Positions 1 to 14,704 of a stretch of DNA of 64,000 bases are shown here, in pieces (the stretch's first letter is position 1; each line of letters begins with the position of its first letter). The notes under the pieces are model-generated. The model saw only the letters and a program-made list of their open reading frames with translations, did not search any database and had not been told where the DNA came from. Made by a program: the position numbers and the translations under genes. The stretch covers positions 176,762,001-176,826,000 of the forward strand of contig OX597814.1 of assembly GCA_951406725.2 (NCBI GenBank), given 5' to 3'. The DNA is from Octopus vulgaris. Its lineage: Eukaryota.

Positions 1-289
1 AGGTGCTGAAGAGACAGAGAACTGCATCAAGTTCTAATGTCTGCCTTGGGCATGGTTTATGCAGTTGGATACACTTCCTGATGCGGGTTTCTTTACAGTG
101 TGAACCGGGTGGTGTTTACCTGTACCAACACTAGTGAGGTTACCAAATAACTAGCAAGACAAGATACCCTCGACTGAGTGAGTGTGTGTGTGTGTGTGGT
201 GTGGGGGGTTATATATAGGAAAGTGGCTTTATGCCAGGTGGTGAGGTACATAAAAGTCACTTTCTTTAAAGGAAGAAAAATTGTAGAAA

Positions 290-545
290 TCATCATCATC
301 ATCATCACTACCACCATCACCACCACCATCATCACCACCATCACCATCATCACCACCACCACCACCACCATCATCACATTCACCATCACCATCATCACCA
401 CCACCACCACCACCATCACCATCACCATCATCATCATCATCACCATCATCACCACCACCACCACCATCACCATCATCATCATCATCATCATCACCATCAT
501 CACCACCACCACCACCACCACCACCACCACCACCACCACTATGAT
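290..545. repeat. Compound (CAT/CAC)n trinucleotide microsatellite
   Basis: Directly visible; produces the poly-V/M, poly-T/I and poly-G/D ORFs. Confidence 0.95.
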
Positions 546-699
546 TACATTTCAAAATGTCTGTCTTTTGCCTTGATCATGGCCTGCGAACAAGCATTCA
601 CTGAGTTACATAAACACCATACCACCTCTTCATCCAACTTGACCTATGAACACAGAAAGACTGTCTTCAGATTTGACATACTTAAATAGGAGTGAGCAG

Positions 700-1318
700 A
701 AACATTATGCTGTGACTGCAAAGACCCAGGCTGCTTCCTGCATCAGTTCCGCATAGCCCCTGCCCATTCAAAGTACCCCGGATCCCAGAACATTCCGCTG
801 TGCTTGAGGAGACCTGTTGAGTCAAGTACATGAACATGAACGTTGAAATAAATATCAATGGAAATAGTAGTTGTGATGCCTGTGCCGGTGGCACATAAAA
901 AGCACTATCCGAACGTGGCCGATGCCAGCGCCGCCCCGACTGGCTTCTGTGCCGGTGGCACATAAAAAGCACCATCCGAACGTGGCCAATGCCAGCGCCG
1001 CCCCGACTGGCTCCTGTGCCGGTGGCACATAAAAAGACCATCCGAACGTTGCCAGCTGGCTTCCGTGCCGCTGGCACGTTAAAAGCTCCAACCGATCGTG
1101 ACCGATGCCGGACCTCCCCTGGCACCTGTGCAGGTGGCACGTAAAAAGCACCCACTACACTCGCGGAGTGGTTGGCGTTGGGAAGGGCATCCAGCCGTAG
1201 AAACTCTGCCAGATCAGACTGGAGCCTGGAGCAGCCCCTGGCTTCCCAGACCCCGGTCGAACCGTCCAACCCGTGCTAGCGCGGAAAACAGACGTTAAAC
1301 GATGATGATGATGATGAT
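700..1318 (+). mobile_element. RTE-clade LINE 3' end with five internal units of about 50-67 bp and a (GAT)n tail
   Basis: Shares the ggcacgtaaaaagcacccactacactc...gctagc..gga..gacgttaaac(gat)n end with the 30900-31680 copy, which is joined to RTE ORF2 C-terminus. Confidence 0.8.
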
Positions 1319-1888
1319 GGACCAGATAGCAAAGTCCATGGAATTATGTATGGACTTGAGGGAAGCCATATCGCTGCCTTGTCCTAAAAAGCCACTGAAA
1401 TACTCTTTACAACATCTGTGTCAAATTGGATGTGTGGGCTGAAGCTCCTCTGTCTCAAGTGAAGATGTAATGGTCACCAAAGATTTCTGTGACTGAGGGT
1501 AACACTCTCTCATCGAACATTTTCACATAAACTTTACTGTTGGCCTTGATGCCAGCATCAATGAAGATCAAGGAGGACTTAAACTCATCAGATGCAACTG
1601 TGTCTCACACTGTAAGTGAAGCTGGCTTCTGACAGCATAAATGATTCCTACTACCTTTGGGCAAGGCCCCTGCATTACATTCATAAAGCCTGCCATTCTA
1701 CCTGTTGCTAACTGCCTCCACAGTGAAGATCTTGTTGGACAAGATTGACACTTTGTTAGTGGCAATCTTCATCTCAGCTAACATGGTTTTACCCCTGTCA
1801 AGCTGCTTCTTCTTGGAAGCTGCTGAAATTGTTTCTTGTATGCAGTTAGCTTTAAATCTTCTTTAAAAATCTTGTGCATTGACAATTT

Positions 1889-2283
1889 CGCAGGAGTGGC
1901 TGCATGGTAAGTAGCTTGCTTACCAACCACATGGTTCCGGGTTTAGTCCCACTGCATAGCACCTTGGGCAAGTGTCTTCTACTATAGCCTTGGGCTGATC
2001 AGAGCCTTGTGAGTGGATTTGGTAGGTGGAAACTGAAAGAAGCCCGTTGTATATATGTATATGTATATGTGTGTGTCTGTGTTTTTCCCCCCCACCCCAA
2101 CATCGCTTGACAACCGATGCTGGTGTGTTTACATCCTTGTAACTTAGCAGTTCAGCAAAAGAGACTGATAGAATAAGTACTAGGCTTACAAAGAATAAGT
2201 CCTGGTGTCGATTTCCTTGACTAAAGGTGGTGCTCCAGCATGGCTGCAGTCAAATGACTGAAACAAGTAAAAGAGTAAAGAGA
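1889..2283 (+). mobile_element. tRNA-derived SINE family A (Octopus OK/OR-like), inserted in the maT relic
   Basis: Head cgcaggagtggctg..tggtaag..gggttyagtcccactg, internal (TA/TG)n, tail aaacaagtaaaagagtaaagag; about 15 homologous copies in the window. Confidence 0.85.
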
Positions 2284-2698
2284 ATATCAAGAACGTTTGC
2301 AGTTTTTCATGCACTCCTGTGAGGATTTCAGTTCATTCACTTCTTCACAGTGTCAACAGGTTGTTTGGTATGATTTGATAATTTACTACTAGGAATTGGC
2401 TTGCTAGAAGTAGTAGCAGACTCTATATATCATTTCCAGGTATTGAACACTGTTTTACAGCACACATTCAACTTATCTCTTTGTTGTTCACCCCAGCAAT
2501 TTTCAAAGCAACAACCTGGTCACATTTTGCTTTTGATGCCATGTTTGTTAATGAACCTGTTATAGATGAATGAAACTATAGCCACATGAACAAAAGACAT
2601 ATGCAAATCTTTATGTAAAATGTAGATAATATTATTTGAACCAATATTCTTTAGGAAGCGTTTTAAACATGGATAAATTTTTCTGTATATATACATAT

Positions 2699-2956
2699 GT
2701 GTGCCAGTGGCACGTAAAAAGCACCATCCGATCGTGGCCGTTTGCCAGCCCCGTCTGGCACCTGTGCTGGTGGCACGTAAAAAGCACCCACTACACTCAC
2801 GGAGTGGTTGACATTAGGAAGGGCATCCAGCCGTAGAAACATTGCCAGATCAGACTGGGCCTGGTGCAGCCTTCTGGCTTCCCAGACCCCAGTTGAACCA
2901 TCCAACCCATGCTAGCATGGAAAGCGGACGCTAAACGATGATGATGATGATGATGA

Positions 2957-2960
<4 letters not shown>
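2699..2960 (+). mobile_element. 5'-truncated RTE 3' end with (GAT)n tail
   Basis: Homologous to 700-1318. Confidence 0.8.
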
Positions 2961-2991
<31 letters not shown>

Positions 2992-2993
<2 letters not shown>

Positions 2994-4111
2994 AGGGTGA
3001 GACAGAATAATTTAAACACATTAAAATTTTAAGCAAATTCATTTTAATATGGGGTACAACTAACTTTGGCAGTAATTACAGCTTGAATTCTATGAGGTAT
3101 GGATTCCAAAGGAATTTTTTTGTCCATTCTTCAGCTAAAACAGTCTCCAGTTATTGTAGTGATGATGATGGAGGATATTGACCCCTTACTTGTTTTTCTA
3201 AAATGCACCATAAACGTTCAATAATATCAAGACCTGGACACTGTGGTGGCCAGATAAGATGTTCAACGTTATTAGAATGTTCCTTGTGCCATTCAGTAAC
3301 AATTTTAGCTGTGTGAATTGGTGCATTATCATCCTGGAAGATTATGTTTCCCTCCGGAAACAGTTCCACAACCATAGGATGAATTTGATTAGATAAAATG
3401 CTTAAATAGTTTTGACTATTAATTCCGCAATGGGCCAACTGCTTCTTTTGACTGTCTCTACGCGTATACTCAGCCGGTGGTTGGAAGGATGACTTGTCCA
3501 TGAAAATAACATTCTTCCATTTTTCTAGGGACCAATTCTGTAGGTTTTTACTCCACTCTAAATGCTTTGCCATGTTTGTTTTTGAAAGTAGTGGTTTTCT
3601 GATTGCAGCTTTGTGCAGCTTCCGGTGAGTAGTTTTTGTGGAAACTGGGTTCACGAGGTGGTCATTAAGCTTTGCAGTAATTTTAGGAGCTGTACTTTTG
3701 TGATCCTTTCTAACAATTCTGCTGGTCCATATCTGAAAGTTTTGGTTTTCTTCTGGAGTTTTGTTTCAATGAGGAGGTTTTTCCCTCTTTCTCAAAGGCT
3801 GTCATTACTTTTGAGACAGTTCTTCTTGATACACTAAACATTTCAGCTGTTTTCATTACGCTAGTGCCTGCCATATGAGCACCAACAATTTGACCTCTTT
3901 GAAAGTCCAACAGATCTGTCATTTTAATGAATTTTAATTACCTTTCTCTGATGATTTCTAAAAAGAAACAGCAATTTTAGCAAAACATATTAAGTAACAC
4001 TAATAAAAAATCAAAAAACATAAAAATAAACAAGCTTTTGACGGTTTTATAGACATTTCAAAATTATGATGCTATGATGCTAGGTGTTTCCATTATTTTG
4101 TCCAACCCCTG
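2992..4111 (-). mobile_element. Tc1-family DNA transposon, degenerate copy 1 (DD34E transposase pseudogene with internal deletions)
   Basis: TA-flanked TIRs (ttattttgtccaacccctg at 4093-4111; diverged caagggtgagacagaataat at 2992); ORFs 3710..3922 (HTH region) and 3151..3654 (FQDDNAPIH, WPPQCPGLDIIERLW). Confidence 0.92.
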
Positions 4112-4413
4112 TATATATATATATATATATCATTATCATCATCATTTAACGTCCACCTTCCATGCTAGCATGATATATATATGTATATATGTACACAGGG
4201 TGTTCCAGAAAGTGCATGTAAAGCACACAAAACCATGAAGACATCTTGGAAACCAACTGATGAAAAAAATCTGCTCTGAATGTTCCTTGTATTGTGCTGT
4301 TGTCTCCTTTTTCTGTCTGTTGTACTTTTCTCTCCTTTTTCCATCCATTATGTTTTTGCCCAGTTTTTGTCTAAATATTCCCTTTATTGTGTTCTTTCTG
4401 CTTAACCTTTGGA

Positions 4414-4453
<40 letters not shown>

Positions 4454-4476
4454 ATATATATTTACATATATATATA

Positions 4477-6421
<1,945 letters not shown>

Positions 6422-6616
6422 TATACATACATATATATATAAATCTAAATTTTTTTATTTTGGTTGGTAGGTACAGAAATGAAAATAAGTAATTAAGTGC
6501 TAAATAAAATTGGATATAAATCTATATTCTCCTTTATTATAAATTGATTACTCACACACACATACATACACACACACACACGTGCACACACACACACACA
6601 CACACACATGTAGGGA

Positions 6617-6826
6617 TAAGCAAGTTAGACAGATCAATATATGAAGCCTTACTATATTATTACATGAAATGCACATTTCTTGCATGTCATATATTAATAT
6701 AGCAAGACTTTATATATTGATTTGTCTAACTTGCTTACATTTATTCATATATCCACTGCAGTTTAACTCTCTTGAGCTTTACTAAGTGTATTCTATATGG
6801 AGAATATCTGGTTCTCATCTATGAAC

Positions 6827-6828
<2 letters not shown>
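6617..6828. mobile_element. Short fold-back element (43-bp arms 6617-6659 / 6695-6737) between CA and TA repeats, probable PLE relic
   Basis: taagcaagttagacagatcaatatat is matched by atatattgatttgtctaacttgctta; one arm extends further. Confidence 0.5.
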
Positions 6829-6859
<31 letters not shown>

Positions 6860-7460
6860 ATCATCATCATCATCATCATCATTTAACGTCCACTTTCCAT
6901 GCTAGCATGGGTTGGACGATTTGACTGAGGCCTGGCAAGCCAGAAGGCTGCACCAGGCTCCAATCTGATCTGGCAGAGTTTCTACACCTGCATGCCCTTC
7001 CTAACGCCAACCACTCCGAGAGTGTAGTGGGTGCTTTTATATCCCACCGGCATGAGGGCCAGTCTGGCGGTACTGGCAATTGCCACACTCAAGTGGTGTT
7101 TCTTACATGCCACCTACACAGGAGCCAGTCCAGCGGCACTGGCAATGACCTCGCTCGAATGTTTTTCACGTGCCACTGGCACAAGTGCCGGTAAGACAAT
7201 GCTGGTAATGATCACACTTGAATGGTGCTTCTTACGTGCCACCGGCACGGAAGCCAGTTAGCTGCTCTGGCAACAATCACGCTCGGATGGTGCTCTTAGT
7301 GTTCCATCAGCATGGATGCCAGTCATCGAATTTGATTTCGATTTCGGTTTCACTTGCCTCAACAGGTCTTTGCAAGCAGAGTTTAGTGTCCAATGAAGGA
7401 AAGGTATGCATAAGTGGGCTGGTTACATCTCTGGCATAGGCCACAAGGTTATGGTCTCAC
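6860..7460 (-). mobile_element. RTE 3' UTR copy
   Basis: (ATC)n then atttaacgtccactttccatgctagc; homologous to 30900-31500. Confidence 0.8.
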
Positions 7461-7799
7461 ATCATTGAAATCTCAAAGCTACAAGATAATGTATGAGGAA
7501 TTCAAAAATGATGTGATAAAATATCTATTACATTTGCTAGACTAACCTGAATATTAAAAGGTGAAAACCACTTTGACATGACCTTTTATATGGTAACATG
7601 ACTTTTGTTTGATGGTGGGGAGGGCACTGAACTGACATAAAATATTTGGTTTTTATTTAGTTATTCAAAGAAAGAATAGATTACAATGGCTTCCCATTAC
7701 TTTCTTAAGGCCCACAAAAAGATTTGAACTCAGTATAGCAAGGTAATGAATCTTTCATCAGTTTTACTGCTTGTATGGAGTATTCTCCCATGTGGTTCT

Positions 7800-8028
7800 T
7801 ATTTCTTTACTCCCCATAAGGGGCTACTCGCAGAGGGGACAAACAAGGACAGACAAACGGATTAAGTTGATTATATCAACCCCAGTGTGTAACTGGTACT
7901 TATTTAATTGACCCCGAAAGGATGAAAGGCAATGTCGACCTTGGCGGAATTTGAACTCAGAATGTAGCAGCAGATGAAATACCGCTAAGCATTTCAACCG
8001 GCATGCTGATGTTTCTGCCAGCTCATCG
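7800..8028 (-). mobile_element. tRNA-derived SINE family B (MetaSINE-like central domain) with TSD cccatgtggttctta
   Basis: Minus strand reads gagttcaaattccgccaaggtcgacattgcctttcatcctttcggggtc..aagtacc, resembling the Meta domain; direct repeat on both flanks. Confidence 0.8.
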
Positions 8029-9896
8029 CCCATGTGGTTCTTACTTGGAGCTTGATGAGGTCATTTCATGCTTATCTTCATTGAGTGTGAAACCTTTGGT
8101 GAGTGTTCAATGTCACAAACATGATACTTGTTATGGGTCCTGTCTGTGTTGAGTGTTAAGTATCCTGACCAGATTGAGTGTTAACCATAAGCTATTTTGA
8201 GTGAAGTATCAAGATCATTTTGCATGTTCTTACTATACAGATTAAGTGTCCTGAATGTGTTGAGTGCTAAACAACCTGGTCAAGTTAAGTGTTAAGCGTA
8301 TTGGCCCTGTTAACTGTCATGACTCTGCTGAGTACTGTTTTTTAGACTAAAGCTAAATTTATCATTCTAATGTCCAAGACATTAATTTTTGTAAGTTCAG
8401 ATTGCACCTTATTTTAATGAGCCTATGGATAATTACCTTCTTCTCTGGATTCATAATCTGAAGGTGCAAACGTTCTTTGTTTTTCTTTTTTGAGATAAAC
8501 AAACTTTGGAATCCTACTCAGTAACAAATTTATGTTACTTTAAATAGAAAATCAATAAGGAAGCAGGAGTATTGATTTCCTACATAGAAACTAGGCATTA
8601 GATTTATTATTCCTTGCCACTGTACTTGTCCTTGGTCTCTGTGGCTTTAAGAGGATACGAATCAAATTACCCTTGGGATAGGATGTTAATCTTTCATAGC
8701 CAGGAAGAGAAACCTCTCACACAAACTCAACGTTACAATAATTTCATGGTACCACTATTATTTTCCATGGTGAATTGTAGCTACTTTTAGCAGTGGTGCC
8801 TGGTGGTTGTTGTTACATGGTGTGATATTGAATTATCTGGAACATGTATCAACATATAAGTTCTATGCTATTTCTATACATAATACAACTTCACCCTAAA
8901 TTAATCTTTGATCTTTGAATGTGTATTATTGAATCTGAAAATATATTACAGTTAAATTATGTCATACTATCACAAGAAAATAATTATTATGAAGAAAATT
9001 TACCATCATTGGTATCTTCCATTGGTGTATGGTGCTCACCAAGCATATCCAGAATATATGTACCATGTCATGCAGGATATATCCAGAATATATATACCAT
9101 GTCATATAGGATATATATATTAACCAAGATTGAACCAAGATACTTGATGAAATGATATTAAAAAAAATAATTTGGAAATAAACTGTTCCAATAAAGAAAC
9201 AGCCACCTAGGGTCAGTTTGGGATGTCCTTGACTTCAGAATGACTCTAATGAACTACAAGGAGCAAGCCAACTCACCCTGTTGTGATCTCTGACCTACAA
9301 TTCCCAAATTTAAAGTAAGCTCATTCAGCAATAGAAAATTTGTTGCATTCACCCACCTTTGGCAAATTTTCTAGAGGGCAGATACAGAATCTTGGATATA
9401 GACACACAAAACCTCATTATGAAAATATATTAATGACAGAACATCAACTTCTAGACTTTTGGTTTTTTAGTTTAAATTTGGGTTCATTCCATGGTGCAGC
9501 ACCTTGAGTAAGTGATTTCTGCAGGTTGACCAGAGACCATTTAGTGAAATTTGGTAGAAGGAAACTGTGAGGAAACCTAATAGATGGTTCATTCATGTTT
9601 TTATGTAATAGACTTAAGCAATCATCCAGTTTAACACCACTTTTTGAGCATTGGGTGCTTTTTTTTGGTAAGTCCATTTTGTTGACAACATTTGACCCGT
9701 GTCCTTAGTCTAGGGATAAATTCCTCTGATCAACAACAACATGCAAAAAAACAACAATAACAAGCAAATAACAACATGGCTAACCTGAGATTAAACATCA
9801 ATAACCCTAGATAGACAGGGAAGTGATTGAAGATTTGGCATGCTGCATGCATGCATCCATCCATCCATCCATCCACCAATCATCATCACCACCACC

Positions 9897-9954
<58 letters not shown>

Positions 9955-10399
9955 GCAGCATCTAAAATATTGTCAAAGTAATTTGGCATGAGTTGGTAGA
10001 ATCAGTGAGGTTATTTTTCTCAGACTCACAGCAAAAGGTAATTCTCATACTATCTTTTATCTTTTACTTGTTTCACTCATTGGACTGCAGCCATGCTAGA
10101 GCTCTGCCATGAAGGGTTTGGTGAAACAAATCAACCCAGTACTTATTTTGTAAGTCTGCTAATTATTCCAACAGAATAAACAGATAGGTCAACATGTAAT
10201 TTATAATGTTAAACTTTTCCCTGATGGTATTTTGTTCATAACTTATAAATGTAAATTTAATGCATAAATTTGTAAGTTATTCAATAAGTACAAATGGAAA
10301 CAGCTGTGGGAAGAAACGATTATCTATTTATTAATAAAAAATTAACCACTAACTCTTCATTTTCTTCTCTTAATTTGGTATGGATTATATATATATATG

Positions 10400-11423
10400 T
10401 AGTCCTCCAGGCAATAACAGAGGAATTCAAGACAGGATGCCCCTGGGAGCTCCTCTATGCTGATGACCTTGCTCTAATTGCTGAGTCACTATCAGAACTA
10501 GAGGAGAAGTTTCAGATGTGGAAGCAAGGATTAGAATCGACCTTGCTTCAATACCTGAAACTTCTCTAGTTCTGATAGTGGCTCAGCAATTAGAGCAAGG
10601 TGATCAGCATAGAAGAGCTCCCAGGGGCATCCTGTCTTGAATCCCTCTGTTATTGCCTGGAGGACTATGATGAATAAGAAGGGGCTGAGGACTGATCCTT
10701 GGCAGACCTCTACCTCTACCGGGAATTTTTCACTATATTCATTGCCAACCCTCACCTTACTGACAGCATCCCTGTTCATGGAGTGTACCGCTCTCACTAA
10801 CCGCTCATCTATCCCTAGTTTCCACATTGACCACCAGATAAGGGAAAGGGGAACCCTGTGAAAGGCTTTCTCCATGTCAACGAAAGCCAGGTACAGAGGT
10901 TTATCTTTGGCTAAGTATTTCTCTTGCAGCTGTCTTACAAGAAATATAGCATCAGTGGTGCCTCTCCCTGGCACAAAGCCAAACTGTATCTCATCTACAC
11001 TAACCATCTCCCTAATTAGTTGGGCTATCACCTCTGTGACTTTCATCACCTGATCCAACAACTTGACACCTCTGAAATTATTCCTATCTAATGCGTCACC
11101 TTTACCTTTGTAGCAGTTGATTATGGTGCTGCTACACCAGTCATTGATATGACTCCTTCATGTATCACCTGGTTGACTATACAGGTGACTAGACTATAGC
11201 TGACACCAACAGATATTTTAAGCTTCTCTGTAGTGATTCCTGATAGACTGAGTTTGTACCCTTCATTGCTTTAATGACCAAGGCTCTGTCAATTCGGATA
11301 GCTGGTCCATCTGTTGGGTAACATTTAGCAGATTCTCTTTCTCCCATTCATTCTCTTCATTTAGCAATCTTTCATAGTGGCATCTCCAAGTCTCTCTCTT
11401 TGCAGCCTCATTAAATGCAAATA
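10400..11423 (-). mobile_element. RTE-clade LINE reverse transcriptase fragment with a fold-back duplication of the YADD region
   Basis: ORF 10531..11061: QFGFVPGRGTTDAIF, AFVDMEKAF, QGSVLSP, YADH. The plus-strand copy 10400-10540 reads LLYADDLAL. Confidence 0.92.
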
Positions 11424-11479
11424 TCCCTCAAATGTAAATAATGTAGGATATATATAATATATATATATGTATGTATATA

Positions 11480-11789
11480 TTAGGTCATCCCATAAATAAT
11501 ACGTTTTTTTCAGTTGCATGAACTAAAAGTTGGAAGGGGATGGGATAAACTACCTGCATCAACTTGTATAAAAGAAGGTAGTAATTTGACCTTGTACTTA
11601 TTCTTAGTGCAAGTTTTGAAGAGTGCAGTTCGATTTTAACAGTTATTTTTTCAAAGCTATAATGGAAGTGACAAAGGAGCATATTCAGCATATTTTGCTT
11701 TATGAGTTCAATAAAGCCAACAGCACAACAGAAAGTGAGAGGAATATTAATGCTGTATATGGGGATCAGACAATAAGCATAAGCCAGTG
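11480..11789 (+). mobile_element. mariner transposon 5' fragment (left end plus N-terminal HTH)
   Basis: Begins after TA with ttaggtcatcccataaataa; from 11662 it reads [39 protein letters not shown], a Mos1-type HTH. Confidence 0.75.
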
Positions 11790-11877
11790 ATGTCAAGTGG
11801 GTTTGTATCAAAAGGGTTAATGAAAGCAGTAGGTGGTGGCTGAATACTAGTGTGAGGAGGAGTGAAATGTGAGGGGG

Positions 11878-11907
11878 AGATAGGTAGGTAGATAGATAAG
11901 TAAGTAG

Positions 11908-11938
<31 letters not shown>

Positions 11939-11962
11939 GATAGATGGATAGATGGATAGATG

Positions 11963-12019
<57 letters not shown>

Positions 12020-12025
12020 GCAGAC

Positions 12026-12060
<35 letters not shown>

Positions 12061-12170
12061 TAGGCTGACAGACAGAGAGATAGATAGTCAGATATACAAA
12101 CAGAGAGACAGACAAACAGTCAGACAGACAGTCAGACAGATAGGCAGACAGATAGATTGACCAAGAAAGA

Positions 12171-12236
<66 letters not shown>
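11878..12236. repeat. (GATA/GACA)n followed by (GA)n microsatellite
   Basis: Directly visible. Confidence 0.95.
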
Positions 12237-12241
<5 letters not shown>

Positions 12242-12931
12242 GAGTGATGAAACACACATTAAGAAGTTCGATCAGCCTCAACTGACTCCAGTTCTCAGCC
12301 AGTTTTTGTTAATGTTAAAGAGACTTTTGAATCATCTGTGCACCAAACAGTCATTTCACCGATTGACATTTGATTGAACTAATATCTGATCAATGGATGA
12401 ACAATAGAACGGACACATAGACATTTATCCGAATGGGTTTATGGTTCAACTGGCTTTCGCCCAACAAGTGAAACACCGAGTAGACAACTGGCAAATTTAT
12501 TGGTTCTTTTAATACATATATAAAATATGCATGCAATAAATCTATTTGAATCTCTTTTGATTTTAATGTCATTCTCATTAATATATTGTTAATAGCAAAA
12601 AACAACCACATTATTTGGAAACAATTTGTATTAATTTGCCCAATTTCGCTTTAACTAGTGGCTGGTTCCTTATTTGAGCTTTTTAGGCTTGCCAAAACCA
12701 AACCAACATCAACCAGTTTGCCAAGACCCTGATGGGGATGCTATTTAGAAGCAAGTTTTTGCTTCTTTGAAGATCATGGAATTTATGCCAACATGAGGAA
12801 GGAGGAAGCTTTTACTTGATGGTTAGATTTACATCATTGATAAACAAAGAGCAATGTAACAAATTGAGTACAAAAGAAGTTATGGAAAACTAGGTGACTA
12901 AAAGCAAGTAAAAAAGCTAAAAGCATCATGA

Positions 12932-13250
12932 AGGCACGTGGCTTAGTGGTTAGCATACTTGGCTCACAGTCATAAGATCATGAGTTCAATTTCCAGCTGC
13001 TCATTGTGTCCTTGAGAAAGGCACATTATTCCATGTTGCTCTAGTCTACTCAGCTGGTAAAAATGAGTTGCACCTGTAATTCAAAGGGCCAGCCTTGTCA
13101 CATCCTATGTCATGCCGAATCTCCCTGGGAACTACATTAGGGGTACATGTGTCTGTGGAGTGCTCAGCCACTTGTACATTAATTTCACCAGTCAGCTGCT
13201 CCATTGATCAGAGTAACTGGAACCCTAGCTGTTGTAACTGACCGAGTATC
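12932..13250 (+). mobile_element. Degenerate tRNA-derived CORE-like SINE
   Basis: A-box tggcttagtgg, B-box gagttcaatt, core gtgtccttgagaaaggcac..ctcagctggtaaaaatgagt. Confidence 0.65.
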
Positions 13251-13298
13251 AATCTGATATGTGAGTGAAGCCAGTTAAAATTTGATCTTTAGAACAGT

Positions 13299-13594
13299 CT
13301 CTTCGCCCTTTTCAAGCCTAGCCAGGCTCATGGGCCCGGTTTCCTGGTTTCTATGGCGTATGTGTTCCCCCAGCTGGATAGGACACTAGTCCATCGCAGT
13401 GTTACTCAAGAAACAGGAAGAAAGAGTGAGAGAGAAAGAGTACAACAGGGATCGCCACCAACCCCTGCCGGAGCCTCGTGGAGCTTTGGGAGTTTTCACT
13501 CAATAAACACACACAACGCCCGGTCTGGGAATCGAAACCGCAATCCTCCGACTGCGAGTCCGCTGCCCTAATCACTGAGCCATTGCGCCTCCAC
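13299..13594 (-). mobile_element. tRNA-derived SINE with a V-SINE-like 3' domain and 13-bp TSD tctttagaacagt
   Basis: Minus head ggcgcaatggctcagtg..ggtttcgattccc; 3' gatggactagtgtcc..atagaaaccaggaaaccgggcccatgagcc; TSD at 13286-13298 and 13595-13607. Confidence 0.8.
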
Positions 13595-13924
13595 TCTTTA
13601 GAACAGTACAGAAAATTTAAAAGAAAGATCCAGTCAGGGGCAGTGACATCAATTATTATATAAAACTGCCCTAGTGAGAACCCATTTAAGTGTAGGTGTT
13701 CTTCTTAGAAACTTCTACAAGGATGGTGCACAGATAATACACATCACTAGCTGAGGGTTTTAACCGACATCAGTTTGAAGAAAATATTTGTCATCCATTA
13801 AAACGACAACCTGCTAATTCTATAAAATATCTTACAACTTCTTCCTCTCACTGATCACTAGATGTATGACTGGATTTTTGATTCTTATTAAGCTTTTATT
13901 TATATATGTATAATGTATATGTGA

Positions 13925-14332
13925 CCCGCTGTTCTTGAGGAGACCTATTGAGTCAAGTATGTCAACACCAACATCAAAATAAAAATCAAATGGAAATTGT
14001 AGTTAAGATACCCGTGCCGGTGAAATGTAAAAAGCACCGTCTGAACATAGCTGATGCCAGGGCTGACTGACTGGCGTCCGTGTCAGTGACATGCAAAAAG
14101 CACCAACCGATCGTGGCCGTTTGCCATCCTCCTCTGGCCCCTGTGCCGGTGGCATGTAAAAAACACTCACTACACTCACGGAGTGGTTGGCGTTAGGAAG
14201 GGCATCCAGTTGCAGAAACACTGCCGGATCAGCCTGGAGCCTGGCGCAGCCTCCTGCCTTCCCAGACACCGGTCGAACCATCCAACCCATGCTAGCATGG
14301 AAAACGGACGTTAAGCGATGATGATGATGATG
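13925..14332 (+). mobile_element. RTE 3' UTR copy with (GAT)n tail
   Basis: Homologous to 795-1318. Confidence 0.8.
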
Positions 14333-14704
14333 AATGTGTGTTATACTGGATGGGAACCATACAATTCCCTTTGTATACTGTATCATAAAGAGCAAAAACT
14401 AAATAACATATCACTTCATTTTTAGCACACTTGAGCAAAAGATTACTGTTTGTAATCCTGTTTTGGTCACCACTGGCAATGGAAAAGCAGCTTTTAATAG
14501 CATCATAGTATGTTTCCTAAACAGCAAATGTTTATGGATGATTTTTTCATTTCAGGCAGTGATTGAAGGGGTCAAATATAGGGTTTTAGGCTACAGATTT
14601 GGTATAAAGCTCCAAGAAATACATACATTATCATTTTGATCAGGCTTTAGTATTTTTGTCAATCATTGACATCGCTGAATTAGTCTTACGAGGGCATTGA
14701 TGAG

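Larger units (their letters stand above)
545..2690 (-). mobile_element. Degenerate maT/DD37D-type Tc1-mariner transposon; transposase pseudogene about 2542 down to 545, interrupted by an RTE 3' end and a SINE
   Basis: Minus-strand pieces: MASKAKCDQVVALKIAG (ATG 2542); QKPASLTV..VASD..KSSLIFIDAGIKANSKVY..GASAHTSNLTQ..W.PSSP..MDFAIWS (about 1320-1635); AMIKAKDRHFEM* (545-690). Stops and frameshifts present. Confidence 0.75.

Noticed and set aside
93-576. Poly-V/M, poly-T/I and poly-G/D ORFs
   Set aside because: Translations of a trinucleotide microsatellite.
880-1152. CRISPR-like array of palindromic repeats with spacers
   Set aside because: The linkers are homologous to one another, the array is part of an RTE 3' UTR present in many copies, there are no cas genes, and the DNA is eukaryotic.
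682-1269. 195-aa ORF, and similar ORFs at 44525-45188 and 49089-49502
   Set aside because: Antisense reads of GC-rich RTE UTR repeats; frames are not conserved among copies.
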